The position numbers and the translations under genes were made by a program. Source: the human T2T-CHM13v2.0 reference genome, Homo sapiens. From it: a stretch of 64,000 nt of DNA. Below, piece after piece: positions 42,332-55,800 of this stretch. The DNA lies in NCBI RefSeq assembly GCF_009914755.1, contig NC_060930.1. One strand, written 5' to 3'. Each line of letters opens with the position of its first letter. The first letter of the stretch is position 1. A model generated the notes under the pieces. The model was not told the DNA's origin. It ran no database searches and saw only the letters and a list, made by a program, of their open reading frames with translations.

Positions 42332-43766
42332 TTAGAATGTAGCTAGAAAAATTTTAATAAGGAATAAAACATGTCTAGATGGGAGTCTTCAGAATCACGT
42401 ACCAGATTCCTGGCAAGGTATTGTAAAAGTCATACAGTACATGTTTTCCTAACTCTATGTCATCTAACTTCATTATTAGAATCTTAATAAAATTTAGTGT
42501 TGAGTGAAAACAAATCCCTAAAGTGTAACCAAATATATTTGCTCAGGCCAGACTTAAGCCTCAGCGGAAGGTTTTGTAAGCTCTTACGGTGGAAGGGATC
42601 TTTTTCTTCTTCCTGTTAGCATCTCAGAGGAGCTGAGTCTAGCAGAGCAGCTGCTAACAGAGGAAGCTGGGAAAGCCAGGCTTGGCGTCCCAAAGGAGCG
42701 GCAAGATGAAAGCATGCAATCCTCCATACAGGCCTGCAAATGCCAGGTGGATGACCACCATGTCCTTACACTCAGGCCATGGCATGCATATGGCCAGGGA
42801 CATACATTTAGTAGGCACTGTATAATGAATGAACGAACCCTACAGTGTGGTGGAGTGCAGTGTTGTCCAACTTACTGAACTAAGTTGAACCCTATCCATT
42901 AATTTCTTATTGGATTAAGAAATTCATTATTTTTTAATAACACTATTATTGGATTAAGACATCAATTTCATGGTCACGACATATTTTAATGGAATAGGAA
43001 ACAATATCCTAGAAAATAAAGGGGTATGTCACCCATATTAAAAGCAAGTATGAGTTTATGAAACTTTTCACACAAGTGTGTGTGTTATGAGTGTGTGTGT
43101 TTCTACTGGATTATGATGTAAAATGTATTTCTGAGGGTATCACTTAAGAAAGATTGAGCACTGTTGGTGGAGTGGAAACTATTTGAGGCATTTGGGTCAG
43201 ATAGATCTTGATTTGAATTCCAATGCCACTGTCAGACACTGAGCGTGTTACTTAAATCCATCTGAGCATCACATATGCATTTAAAGTCAACCATATGGTA
43301 CGCACTGTGCTCAATGAGGGAGATACAGTGGTGAGTAGGACATACTCCTGTCCTCAAAGAAACACAAAATATGCCCTTAATAAGTGTCCACCTCTCTTCA
43401 GCACTTCAGTATCTCTGTGACTGGTTGGTAAGACAGATGTCTGGATAAAAAGAGATCTTGGAGAATCTCAATACTGCTTGAGGTTCTTCAGGAGCCCAGG
43501 AATCCTAATTTTTTCTTTGCTCTGTCTTCTTTCTTCTTAAGCATGGCAACAACTCATAGGTAGGAAAAGCTGTCATACTCATGCATTTTGAGGGAAATTT
43601 GAGAAATATCAATACCCAAAGCTTCTACATGGAGCCATTCATGTTATCCAGTCTTTGTTTCCAGAATCATCGTAGGACCCTGATGAGAGTAGCACCAACT
43701 CTCCAACATAAATTCGAGAAAATGAAAAAGTGGCATTGAATATCTACACGGAACTTCAGAAATACA

Positions 43767-43793
43767 ACACACACACACACACACACACACACA
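43767..43793. repeat. (CA)n microsatellite
   Basis: Directly visible. Confidence 0.9.
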
Positions 43794-43982
43794 CTCATAC
43801 ACACAAACTCATGAGCAATCATAGTAATTTGAACAACAACAAAAACCATGATGTTGAAATTTGGAGGATGTAGAACCTAAGAGTCTAAGAAAGATTAATT
43901 TATGCTACCAACAAACACACGTTTAAATTGTGGGAAAAAAGCATGGTGGCAACGCAACACTACTCTCTCAAGACACAAAGCA

Positions 43983-44350
<368 letters not shown>

Positions 44351-45515
44351 TCACAGCTCTGTCCCCTCTGTCCACCCCTCCAAGGGCACGCAGAATTTAG
44401 TTGACCTACCAGCTGCCAAAATCATGGGCCAACTTCATTTTGGGGTGCTCTACCCACCAAGTAGCTCTCTCAGGGAGGGGTGCAGAACAATCATAACCTG
44501 CATCTATTGGCAGCTCACACGGTGAAAAATTATGAACTAGGCAAGTTTTGTCCTTGGAGTCTGCAGCTGACCCTTCCGCACCTGTTCCTTTACTAACAAT
44601 ATCCTCATTTTCGCTCTGCCAAGCACGCCCTCCCTCACATTAAAACTTGCTTTCAAATCATCAGATATCCTTCACTGAGAATTGAACATGCATGAGTTTC
44701 ATAGGTCACTTCTTTCAGAAGTATTTACATGTTAAATCTGGCTCTCCATATGAAATGGGCGGCTTTATTGGTGAAAGAATTTTTTTGTACATTAGCAAGA
44801 TATTTAGGGTGGCAGTGAGAACAGAGGCCCTTTTCATGGCCCCGAAATAACTACACCATGCAAGAGGCTGACGACATCATGGTAACGATGATGTGCTAGT
44901 CAGACTAGACTGGGCCTTAATGATAAACACTTGCCATCCGTCAGGAAGGGGTGAGAAGTCACCTAAGGTGAAATGAATTATGATGTAAACAAGGTTTGTC
45001 TTCAACATCCCCCCACCTCCTGTTTAAGGATCAGTCTTCCGGACTGGGACCCTAGTAGCTCATAGGCTCTCCTTTGAGTCATTAGGGCCATCTAGTCATC
45101 CACTCTAGAGCTTCCCTGCACGCAAGCCATTTATCCTCCAGGCCACTCCTCATCTCCTTCTCCTTTTCATCAAATGTATCTGCTATGCGTCCTATTCTAT
45201 CAATGTTCATTCACTACCAGTCCACATGAAACTGCAATTTGCTCGTCACTGTAAATAGAATTGTGGTATGTAAGATGGAGAGAGTATCTGAAATGAAACA
45301 ATAACTCTAATGTTGAGACTATCAGCTTCCAGGGAAGCCTAGGGTGGAAGATAACTGGTGATGATGCCTGTAAGGTTAAGAAGCTATAAGGAATCCTCAA
45401 GTCCGCCTGTATTTTTGAGTACTTTCTAATGGTGCAGAGTTAGGCTTTGTTGGAGATATAAAGAGGTAGACACGGCCCCTCATCCCGGGAGTTTGCAATC
45501 AAGCAGGTGGGATGG

Positions 45516-45937
45516 TGAATTAGGCCATTCTTGCATTGCTATAAAGAAATACCTGAAGCTGGGTAATTTATAAAGAAAAGAGGTTTGATTGGCTCACAGT
45601 TCTGCAGGCTTTACAGGAAGAATGGTGCTGGCATCTCCTGGGCTTCTGGGGAGGCCTCAGGAAGCTTACAATCATGGCAGAAGGTGAAGGGGGAGCAGGC
45701 ACGTTATATAGTGAGAACGGGAGCAAGAGAGATGGGAGGAGGAGGGGCCACACACTTTTAGACAACCAGATCTCGCCAGAACTCACTATGGCGAGGCCAG
45801 CCCCAAGAAGATGGCATTAAATCATTCATGAGAAATCCACTCCCATGATCCAAACACCTCCCACCAGGCCCCACCTCCAACACTGGGTATCATGATTCAA
45901 CACGAGATTTCGAGGAAACAACACCCAAACTATATCA
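45516..45937 (-). mobile_element. MSTB-type MaLR solo LTR
   Basis: TG...CA ends, 5-bp TSD gatgg/gacgg and a typical MST body. Confidence 0.9.
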
Positions 45938-46499
45938 GACGGAGATCTTGGGAGCCAGGCACTTGCATCCACCACTTTAAATAATCTTATTATTTAATTG
46001 TGGTGGTATCATTATCTAACTTTGCAGACAAGGAACCAAGGCTCAGAGGAGTAAACTATTTTTATCCAAGGTGAGTCTCTCTCCAAGGGGCTGACTAGTG
46101 CCTCTCTTAGGACAGTAGCAAGTTGGAATAAAATCTGGCATGCCTAAGGTCTTTAAGGAACAGGGGATGCTTACTTCTTTTGCGTTCCTCTGGCGGCCTA
46201 CATAGCATACTTAAGCTCCTTCTGGATAGACTGTGTCCTCTTATTCACATGCTGAAGTTGTTATATATTTTTAAACAAATAAAAAGTGAATAATACATTT
46301 TTCTAAAAAGTAACTGATTTTCTCTAGGTTCAATACAGATAGCCAGCCATGGGAGTCAGAATTTGAACTCAGATCTGGTCTGGTTCTGAAGCCTCTCTTC
46401 TTTCCAGCTGTGAGACGAAGGAGCAAATATGAGAAGCACCTTTTGCTCACTTCTGCTTGCCAGCAGAATTTCACAAAAGCCCTGGACTGTGAAGATGTT

Positions 46500-46820
46500 T
46501 GGAAAGATGCTTTGAAGACAAAACCTTTAACAGGGTTAGTGTTTATGCCTCTGTAATCTACAACCGGATGCACTCTTACACCCAAGCCTTGATGGGATTC
46601 TGCTGCGACGGAAATTCTGAGCAAATTTGATGTGATTGTGCAGGTACTGAACCTCCACTTCCTGTCTGTAAGCAGTGGGCTGAAATCCTGGGCTGGAGCA
46701 GTCTCATAGGATCTGACAGGCTGTTGCCAGGCTGTAGGCCTTGGTCTGTAGTCCTCAGTAAGACTTCTGAATACAACTAACTTTAATTCTTTAAAAGCTT
46801 GACTGTTTTCTTTAGTCGGC
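46500..46820 (+). mobile_element. Probable ERV1-class LTR 3' fragment
   Basis: Ends gtcctcagtaagacttctgaatacaactaactttaattc...ttagtcggca, like MER-type ERV1 LTR U5 ends. Confidence 0.4.
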
Positions 46821-48559
46821 ATGGCATTCCATACCATTCCAGAAACAGAAGCCAGGAGGATACGTGAAGGAGAGAGCAATGGCATAGTGTGTGAAGCTGA
46901 TTAGCTGTTAACTAGCAGAACTGAGAGAAGGCAGCCGGCCAAATGCCCCGGAGGGGCAAGGAAAAGCTTTTTCAGAGAGTTGGGAAGTGGCACTCCAGTG
47001 AGGTCGGAAGCCATGAAGGTTGACTTATTTATTCCACAGTAGCTACAAGAAGAGGGGTCTTTCTAGGGAGTGTGACCAGTTTAAGCAAAGGCTTGGGAGG
47101 AGGAATAATAACGTGCTGGAAGTGGGAAAGGGGACCTGGTTAAGGGGCTGAAAGTTATTCCTTGTGGATCACCTTCTCATCACACGCTCTTTGACCTCAT
47201 TGTAGTTCAATGGAGGGAAAGAGAGTCAAAAGCAGGAGGGAAGTTTGTTTCTAAGCGGACAGGGGCTCAGCAAACCCAGTCTTCCCCGCAGTCTTACCTG
47301 GAGCCATTGCCTGGGGAAGAGGGTGTTCAGGCCACAGTATCCCAAGGCTGGGGGCACCTTTGCTCAGAAGCCCCCTGTGGTGCTGCTCCTCAAGAGCCTC
47401 CTGGGAGGAAGGGCCAGGGAGCCAGGCGGTTCTCCCTTCCCCTTCTGGAATCCTGGCCAGTTTCCATGTACATAACCCAGCTTAATCCATAGAAACAGGA
47501 GCTGCAAGGCATGTTCTTTCTCTTTTTTTCCTCTCCAAGACACGGAAACCTTTATTTTCTCCCTACATCACAAACCGGTACTGTTAAATAATATTGGATA
47601 ATTGCACCTGTCGTACTCCCCATATTGTGCTGGGGAAAAATAATTGCTGGTTTTCTGCTTTGCCGTTTAGCTGTGACTCCGTCATTTGACTCGGAGCATG
47701 TCATTTTCTCCCATTTTAGACCGTGTACAGTCAAACCCTGTGAAAGGACTCACAGATAGCGGCCCTGCGTGTATGAGTGGGCGCGGGCCTCATTCAGCAA
47801 CGATTTCTAATTTATACAGCATTGAAAATCCACAGCTATAAATAAACAGTTCTGACTGGCTTTGCTGCCTACTCAAATGCTTTATTAAAAAAAAAAAGTC
47901 ACCAGCAACTGCATGAGAAAGGAAAACAAGAATGTCTGGATGTGGATTCTGGCTTCTGAATCCTGGGCTTGGGAGTGGGGACGCCCCACCTTGGGAGCGG
48001 CTCAGTGCTCAGCCCCTCCAGTTTTTGGAAGGCCTGGCCTCCTCGCTCCTCGCTCAGCCCCTCACGCTCCCCACGTGTGGGTGCAATGTGTTTGGGGATT
48101 ACAGTATATGAAACTGGCTTCCTGTTATGACAAGTATTGCAAGTGAGTAGGTGTGGAGGAGCTGAAAATAGCTTAAGAAATGTAGGACCCTTCTGGGGAG
48201 AGAATGGGGTTAAGGCATTGTTTAGGCAACAAGACGAATCTTCTACCCAAATTCAAAATTGGTTTCAAATGTGAGACAGCAACACTGGAACAGAAGCATG
48301 AGTATAGGCCAGTCCCTGGGGTAGTGGTGGCAGCGTCCTTCCTCCTCCTGTAATGGGGACAGTTTCCACCAATTTGGGATCTCTTGACCCACCTTCTTTT
48401 GTCCAGCTCTGCAAGATGTGGACACATTTCTGTTTTGTTTTTTAAATAAAGTTTTTGGATGACCCGGTACTGCTTTGCTCTGTAAGAAAGAGGAAGGAAA
48501 GTGGGCTCAGGAGTCAACTATCCATGTGACCTTGGACTTGTCATTTCCCTGCTCTGAAC

Positions 48560-48775
48560 GCAGAGGTGTGCTGGAGCCAGTTTGCACAACAGGCTCTCGA
48601 GGACTAAGTGGTTGTCCACATCTCTTCCCAACTGTACATTCAGCAACGTGCTGCCAGCTTGAAAAAGGCCATGGGGAGAGTGTTTACACCATGGAAATGA
48701 GCACACATTATCAATCAGAGCCTGACATCTTTTCCCCAGAGAGCTGGTTGTTAAACCTTTCCCAGCACACCACCC
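48560..48775. mobile_element. MER63A-like hAT MITE
   Basis: Inverted termini cagaggtgtgctgg / ccagcacaccac. Confidence 0.7.
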
Positions 48776-49899
48776 TCAGAAACTCAGTTTGCTCATTTGT
48801 AAAATGAGAACGTAACTCATCTCCTACTTACGAAGTTTCCGTGGGCTAGAATAAGTGGGAGTGGTGATGAATTACTTGACACTACACAAATATTGCTGGT
48901 ATCATCATGTGGTTGCTATAGTTGTCATTTTCTATTAAGGGCCTAACATAGTGCTATGCAATCTGCAAATACCATATACCTTTTAGCAAATGTTTAATCA
49001 GTGTGTTATTGTTTTGTTGTGTATCTTTTCTTAAGCTACTGCAGCACCGAGCATGCCCTTGTGTGCTTAGGCATGTGCTCAATGGGAAATTGTTCCGAGA
49101 CATTTCTAGTGTTGGAAGAGATATTGCACAATGGCCAGGCATGCTGCAATCAAGGTTTAATTTGGTCCTAGGGCCAGTAAAGCCACAAATAGAAATTTGC
49201 AGGCTCATCCCCACCAAGAGCTTACTGTGACTGAGAGTTACGCAGCCCGAGTCACCTCTGGGGTGTGGAACATTTGGGTGATCCCCCGAGGGCTTCACGT
49301 TTGGGGAATTTCCACTGTGGCAACTGTTTCTGAGCTCCTGCTGAGACCAGGTGCTTGGAGCAGTGAAGAGGCAGCAGTAGATGTGGGGAAAGAGGTGGTA
49401 TTCCCAGCTCCAACTGGAAAAGACTTGAGGCCCATATTAACAGAACAGTAGAAAAAGAAGTGGGAATTAAGCAGGTTTCTTGGTGCCTGCCCTGGTCTTC
49501 CCTTAGGCTGCCTTCCCACCTGAGATATTCTGTCCTCTTCTGTAACCCTTCAAGACCACTCTTGCTCATTTTTACCAGATTTCTCCTACATAATGTTAGG
49601 TTGGGAAGTCCAAGTCCAATTTCCTTCAGTGTCCACACCCCAACCCATATGAGCCTAGTGACATACTAGTAGACTCAAATATGTCTACCCACCAATAGCC
49701 ATTTGCCATTTGTGTTCTTTAAAAAATGTGCCCACAAATAAAGGCCAGGAAAATAACACTAGGAAAATCACAGCAGGGATCATGAATCCTTGTTAAGCAT
49801 CTGGAAATCAGCTTTGTTAAACCACACACTAATTCAGAAAAGTGCTTTGTAGCAAAGCAATCTCAACAGCCCTTATAATTCTATCACTTCCCATCCAGA

Positions 49900-50723
49900 T
49901 TCTTCTGCAAGCAAAATTTATTACTATACCATTTATTTGATGAATTAATCAATGTTCAAATGGAAGAGGTTTTGACAATGTCACTATGTTTGATGTTTAT
50001 ACCTGCCCTGAATGCTTGCTCAGAAGAGAAACAGATTTCCCAGTATTTTTTATAACTTACTTTCCCATTGTCTTCAATTAATTTGCTATTATCCCAAGTA
50101 GACAGACAACTTCAGTAGTAGCCATCTCCCTACATTTTTAGATCACTGAAAAAAATGGATGAGCAACCCATGAAAATAACTAGCTTACTGAAATGCTTGT
50201 CTTTTAAAGAAAGTTGGGATTATTTAAAAAAAAAAAAATGGCCCAGGACCAGTAGCTAGGAGATCTGGGAGAGAGAAGTCATTGCCTTGGTTCTGACACT
50301 AAGTAACCCTTTTGCCTTTTGCAGGTAACTTCTCATCTAGGTCCTCAGCATCCTTCTCTGTAAACTGAAGAGTTTAAATGACTCTAAGTTCCTCTCTCTC
50401 TCTCTAGATGTTCTCTAACACCAAGTTTATGTGAGTTTCTTTGGCCAGATTTTAACCAGAGACCATCCTCCACGAAGGTCAAAGATAATTAATTCTGAGA
50501 TAGCAGGAGTTGTTTTTGGCATGTGCAGTCAACCTTTCAAAAAACCAAGAGTTCTCAAGTTAAGCTACCTTCACGAACCTCTTATTAAATTTAAGTATCA
50601 CTCTCTGTCCCTCCTACTTTGCTATGTTCCTCCACCACCTCCCTCCACCAGAAAAAAAAAAAAAAAGATGAGAAAAATCTCTTGTGTTTTCTTCTTTCTT
50701 GGTTCTTGGAAAATGGTGTGCAA
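49900..50723 (-). other. ADTRP: ADTRP 3'UTR (approximate end); contains U-tracts and a MIR remnant (~50285-50420)
   Basis: Lies between the stop codon and tandem minus-strand AATAAA hexamers. The cleavage site is inferred. Confidence 0.75.
49917..49937 (-). terminator. Tandem polyadenylation signals (AATAAA at 49937-49932 and 49922-49917)
   Basis: Plus-strand tttatt occurs twice ~0.8 kb beyond the ADTRP stop. Confidence 0.7.
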
Positions 50724-50758
50724 TTACTTCCTCTTCTTCCGTGGCTGCCTCATGTCAC
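50724..50758 (-). CDS. ADTRP: ADTRP last coding exon portion: (G)DMRQPRKKRK*
   Basis: Acceptor gttcttgtttgtacAG (AG at 50760-50759). The phase-1 join G|GT gives HWKWG-DMRQPRKKRK-TAA, matching the recalled ADTRP C-terminus. Confidence 0.95.
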
Positions 50759-51892
50759 CTGTACAAACAAGAACAGAGACAGACCTCAGGCTTCAGGCTT
50801 TCCCTAATGGGTATTTTTGTTGTGGGTAGAGATTCACTCTGACTTGGGGCAGTGGAAAGTTGAACACACTTTTCCCAAGGTGACAAGATGCAGTTTAAGG
50901 AGTTATGAAAAAACAGCTGCCACGATGACAGGGGCAGAGAACAACTCTGCCGTCCTCCCTCAGTGCTGGGTTCACAGTTAGCCAGGCACCCACGATGCTG
51001 TTTGCCTTCAGGTACTCTGCATAGCTAAGAGGAAGCATATTGCTGTGACTCTGAGTGAGTGTCTGCAGGCTACACACAATCCATCAGCAAACTTTGAGAC
51101 TTTGCAGATGGAGATGAAGAGACCACATCAAATTAGAGAGGAAATAGAAGGGTGGATGTTCACCTAATTGGGGTCATTCTGTGACCTCTTAGCAAATGAA
51201 TTCATCAGCCTGGTGGAAAAGTACTGGCATATGGATTAGGTTTGAGTAAGCTCATTAGAGGGGCATTATTCTACTGAAATTATAGCATTAGATTTGTAGA
51301 ATGACTTCTATTCAGCCAACAAGTTGGTACTCCATATTTAATGATCATAAATCTTTGTGTAAGCTCTGCAATTTGTGAAATTTCATTAGCTCATTATCCT
51401 TTGTGCTTGTTGCCAAATACTGTCAATGCTACTTTAAAAACTTCTCCATTCCAGAACTTACAGCCCTGGTAGTTCTGGCTTGGTATTCCTGCAGCAAATC
51501 CATGCTCCTAATTCCATGATTCACCCTTCAAACCCTGCCACCTTCATCAATTCTATCCTTAACAGTAAACACTAGATATCTTATACTCATTCCATTCTGC
51601 TGGAACTCCACTTCTTAGAGGCTATCATGACTGGTGACTTGAAGTCCTGTTTGTGGCCCCTTAATTACACTGATTTCCTAGGATGGCCACCTCTTGATCA
51701 TGCAGTCCTCATGGCTATCCTTGTATTCATCTCATGCAAAATTTTCAAGATCAAAACTCTCTCTTCTTCGTCTGCTCCTCATCAATCTAGACTACCCCAG
51801 TCACTTCAGCCGAGGCTTATTGTTTATCAAGCTTTATGGATTTCACGTTGTTTTCATTGGTGTGTCTACTTCTTTCTCTTCTGTTTTTCCCT

Positions 51893-52044
51893 TTTTTTTT
51901 TTTTTTTTTTTGAGACAAGGTCTTTGCCCAGGCTGGAATACGGTGGCACAATCTCAGCTCACTGCGGCCTTGAGCTCCTGGGCTGAAGTCCTCCAACCTC
52001 AGTCTCCTGACTAGTTGGCACTAGAGGTGCACACCACCATGCCC

Positions 52045-52079
<35 letters not shown>

Positions 52080-52209
52080 TTTTTATTAGATACAGGGTCT
52101 CACTATGTTGCTCAGGATGATCTTGAACTCCTGGCCTCACCACAAGGGATCCTCCCATCTCAGCCTCCCAAAGTGCTAGGATTACAGGCAAGAGCCACCA
52201 CCCTTGGCC
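51893..52209 (-). mobile_element. AluJ with expanded middle T-tract
   Basis: Antisense dimer in the ADTRP last intron. Confidence 0.9.
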
Positions 52210-52935
52210 TTATTTTCCATTTTTGATGTGAATTCTCTCCTCCCTAGTTAGGGCTTCTCTACATTAGGTCTATAAGTACAAGCACAGTACCTCCTTTTTC
52301 TGTAGAGTATACTCTGGGCCTTTAATGAATTCTTTTTCAATTAAATAACCAGCTCACATACAAGAGGGACAATATAAACTTGGTCAATATAAACTTCTCA
52401 AATTTCTACCCCGCAGTCACTCTGAGGATTCCTAAAACTTTCTTTTATCCATGTTGTTTACCAATCCCCAAGCCCTCAAGCCTAACTGTAATAATAACCT
52501 CAGTCCTTCCACCCCAGGTGTTGAGGACTGAAGACTCCCTTCTCCATTTAAGAAATGCAACAGAACACGAAGGTTTGGAGAAAAGCCACCCAGGAGCAGA
52601 CATGGTGGTATGAAGCTCTGCTGGGGGAGGACAGCAGGTGGTTCCCTCCATTGGATTAGAGTCCTCTGTCCAAAACCAAGTAGCTAGGAGGAACACTCAG
52701 AAATGCCCACATACCCATCCACATGCTAGAGAAGGCACTGTTCCCAAATGGGTCTCTGTGGTGCTCCCAAAGTCATTTTATTCTGTAGGGACTCATGTGG
52801 CGTGAACGTTGCAAAAATCATGTTTCTTTTTGCTTCTAGCAGCTGGGAATGGCAAGCGGGTCTTAGTCTTGAATTCTCACAGAGCTAAGCAGTTTGTAGG
52901 CTTCTTTAAGTCTTCAAAATTTATCTCTGACCATG

Positions 52936-53262
52936 CTTTTTTTCTTTTTCTTTTTCTTTTTTTTTTTTTGAGACAGGGTCTTCCTCTGTCACCCAGGCTG
53001 GAAGGCAGTGGTGTGATCTTGGCTCACTGCAACCTCTGCCTCCCAGATTCAAGTGTTTCTCCCACCTCTCAGCCTCCCGAGTAGCTGGGACTACAGGTGT
53101 GCGCCACCACACGTAGCTTTTTTTTTTTTTTTTTGTATTTTTAGTAGAGATGGGGTTTCACCATGTAGGCCAGGCTTCTCTTGAACTCCTGAGCTCAAGT
53201 GATCCACCCGCCTCGGCCTCCCAAAGTGCTGGGATTACAGGTGTGAGCCACCGCACCCAGCC
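52936..53262 (-). mobile_element. AluS/J
   Basis: Dimer with TSD ctctgaccatg (52925-52935, 53263-53273). Confidence 0.93.
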
Positions 53263-55429
53263 CTCTGACCATGTTTCTATAACGCATAGCTGGAAATAAG
53301 GAAACTGTTGACTTAATAATAGATCATATATCTTACCCAAACCAAATTCACAAAATGGATTTTAAGTTGTAATTGGAAAATTATGTTTATTATAAATATT
53401 TTCTTGATTGAGAAGCATTTTTCCCAGTAGAAAGTATCCTAGTTGGCAGATAGGAAGTTAGATTCACCCCGACTTGTTTTATTCCTTTAACTGCTGTCAG
53501 ATAGTAGCAAGGGCTAGAAATATTTTTATAGCCCTGATATTTCACCTGATATTCTTGACCAGTTGGTGCTTGGCTGGTGACTTCCAATCGGGCCACTGGA
53601 AGCAGATTCCAACAGATTCTAGCCTCCATCTTTGCAAGATCTGAACAGAAACTGCAGGCATGGCCAAGAAATTATTGTTTCAATCAACATCACCATAGAT
53701 ACCATATATAATTATATGCCTTATTATTCCAATAGTTAGAAATCAGGATAAATAAAAACATAGTATTCTCAAAGATTTACACCTATGTATCTACAACCAC
53801 AAAAATGAATGCCAGGCATTGAAAATTTGAAGAACATTTGCCTAGTTTCAGTGGGCTGACTCAGAAAAGGGCAAGAAAATTGATGGTTGGGGGGATAGCA
53901 GGTGTTAGAGAAATGAGATCTGAGCACTGATAGTCCTGTGTTCACACTGCAGAAGTCCAGGGAGGACAGGGAACTGAGGGCTGGCTGGAGAAACTCCTGT
54001 GGGAAAGAGGCTGAGGAAGAGGCAGGGAGGGTAATCCACAGCGGGCTCTTTTTGAGTTTAGGGAGATGAAGTTAGGACAAGAAAGGCAAAATGGAGATAA
54101 ATTTTTGCCATTGACTAAATGCTGCCCCAGCGGGACCATGCTTTAGAAGTACCTGTGGAGTCATCGCATGATAAAATTCTTTTGCTATGGAATAAGCAGA
54201 GTTAATAAGACAAACCTCATCTAATTCCTTCATGAATAAAACAAGGAGGTGGATTAGATGGCCTCTAGGCAGCTTTCATCAAGAAAATCTGCCTTTTAAA
54301 AAACCTGGTTTATGGCAAATAATATTAAAAGAAAGTTTCCATGTCATTCTGTCCAGGACACACTCCCAGCGCCACTTGGCCAGGCTGGAATTTTCAGCTT
54401 ACAGTCTGTCCTTAGGATGAGAAGGACCTATGGTCTTAGGGGCCCTGACAAAGGACAGCCTGACTCCTGGCATGTGTCCATCAAGGGGCATAGGGAGAGG
54501 GGTCACAGGCCCTGGATAAGCTGACTGTCTCTCCAACCACCCCCACATAGCAGAGGCCCTGCCATTTGGGCCTGGAGGTGTTTAGCCCCTTTCTGTGCCC
54601 CATATCTCTTGTGGGATGATTTTCTCTTCCTGAGGAGCTTGTGTGCTGGTGTCAGCATCCTTGTGTGCTATCAATCATCAAAGAAAAAAAAGAAAATTAA
54701 GCACATAAGGGGCAGAGAAGGGAGCCTTTGATAGGATGTCCTGATTGCCTCTTGCCCCCAGTCAATGTGGAAGAGAACCTGCCCTGGGCATGCCTGGGTG
54801 TTCAGTCATGGTCATGGTGAGCCAAGCTCTCAATGTCTTGCCAGAGACAGCTTCCCCCATCTGCTTCTATCATGGTTTGAAGTTAACATTCCATCTAACT
54901 CCTCCCAAAAAGTAGAAATTGAATCTTTCTTGGGGGATGACTGGTCCCAGTAACTGACTCTGTGCTTGCCCAACCCTCTGCCTCATGACACAGAAAGGCT
55001 AGCCCAGGGCAGGGAGTGAGATGGTGACAGGTCAGGCCAGGTGGCCCTGAGGAACCTCTTGTGAGCTTTTTGAGCCTCAGTGCATTCTTGAAGGACCTTC
55101 CTGTGGGCCATGACAACACTTGCCTCCTTGACGCTCAAAGCCAGTTCCCTGCAACTGAGTGCCCTGGGAGGACCTCATCATACACTTTCCAATTTAACAT
55201 GTGATTCCCAGTATGGTTTCTTATTGCTGTCCTTCTTGCTCTCTTGTCCATATTCACCCACTGATGTGGCACAGGAGGAGGGAGAAAGTGAGTAGATGTT
55301 CAGCTATTGTGACCATCACCACCAACACCCTTCTCAGTCCAGCAGCCCACTCAGGAGAGCACCACACTGCACAAGGATGCCGTAGACAGAATTATCCACA
55401 TTGGGAGGAGTCCAGGGTCCTGAGATGTA

Positions 55430-55800
55430 ATAGAGCCTTGTCCTCAGACCAGCAGCATCAGTATGTCTGGAGTATGCGTTAGAAGGGCAGAATCTCAAAC
55501 TGCACCCCAGATCCACTAAATCAGAATCCACACTTTAACAAGATCTCCGGGTTCCCCAAGATCCTCATTTTGATGAGCATCAGAGGCCTATACAGGTTTG
55601 AGAAGCGTTGCTCTGTAACAGCGGTTCCGGATCCCGATTGCAAGTTAAAATAACTGGGAAGCTTTAAAAAATACCCATGTCGAGTCACCATCTCTAGAGA
55701 TATGGATCTAATTGGTCTAAGGCAGGCCTGGGAATTATTATTTTTTAAACTTCCCTAGTGTTTCTGTGATGTAAAAAGCCAAGGTGGAGAACTACTGCTA
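55430..55800. mobile_element. Two adjacent MER5-family (hAT-Charlie) MITEs
   Basis: cagaccagcagcatcag...gcagaatctc...aatcagaatc...tttaacaagat, then a second copy ending gtggagaactactg. Confidence 0.7.

Noticed and set aside
46181-46200. CTCF-like motif (also ~37336-37350 and ~60924-60936)
   Set aside because: Each lacks key core positions and cannot be supported without ChIP data.
50291-50330. Strong-looking plus-strand acceptor with AG|GTAACT (antisense exon or recursive site)
   Set aside because: Falls within a decayed MIR core; there is no other evidence of a plus-strand transcript.
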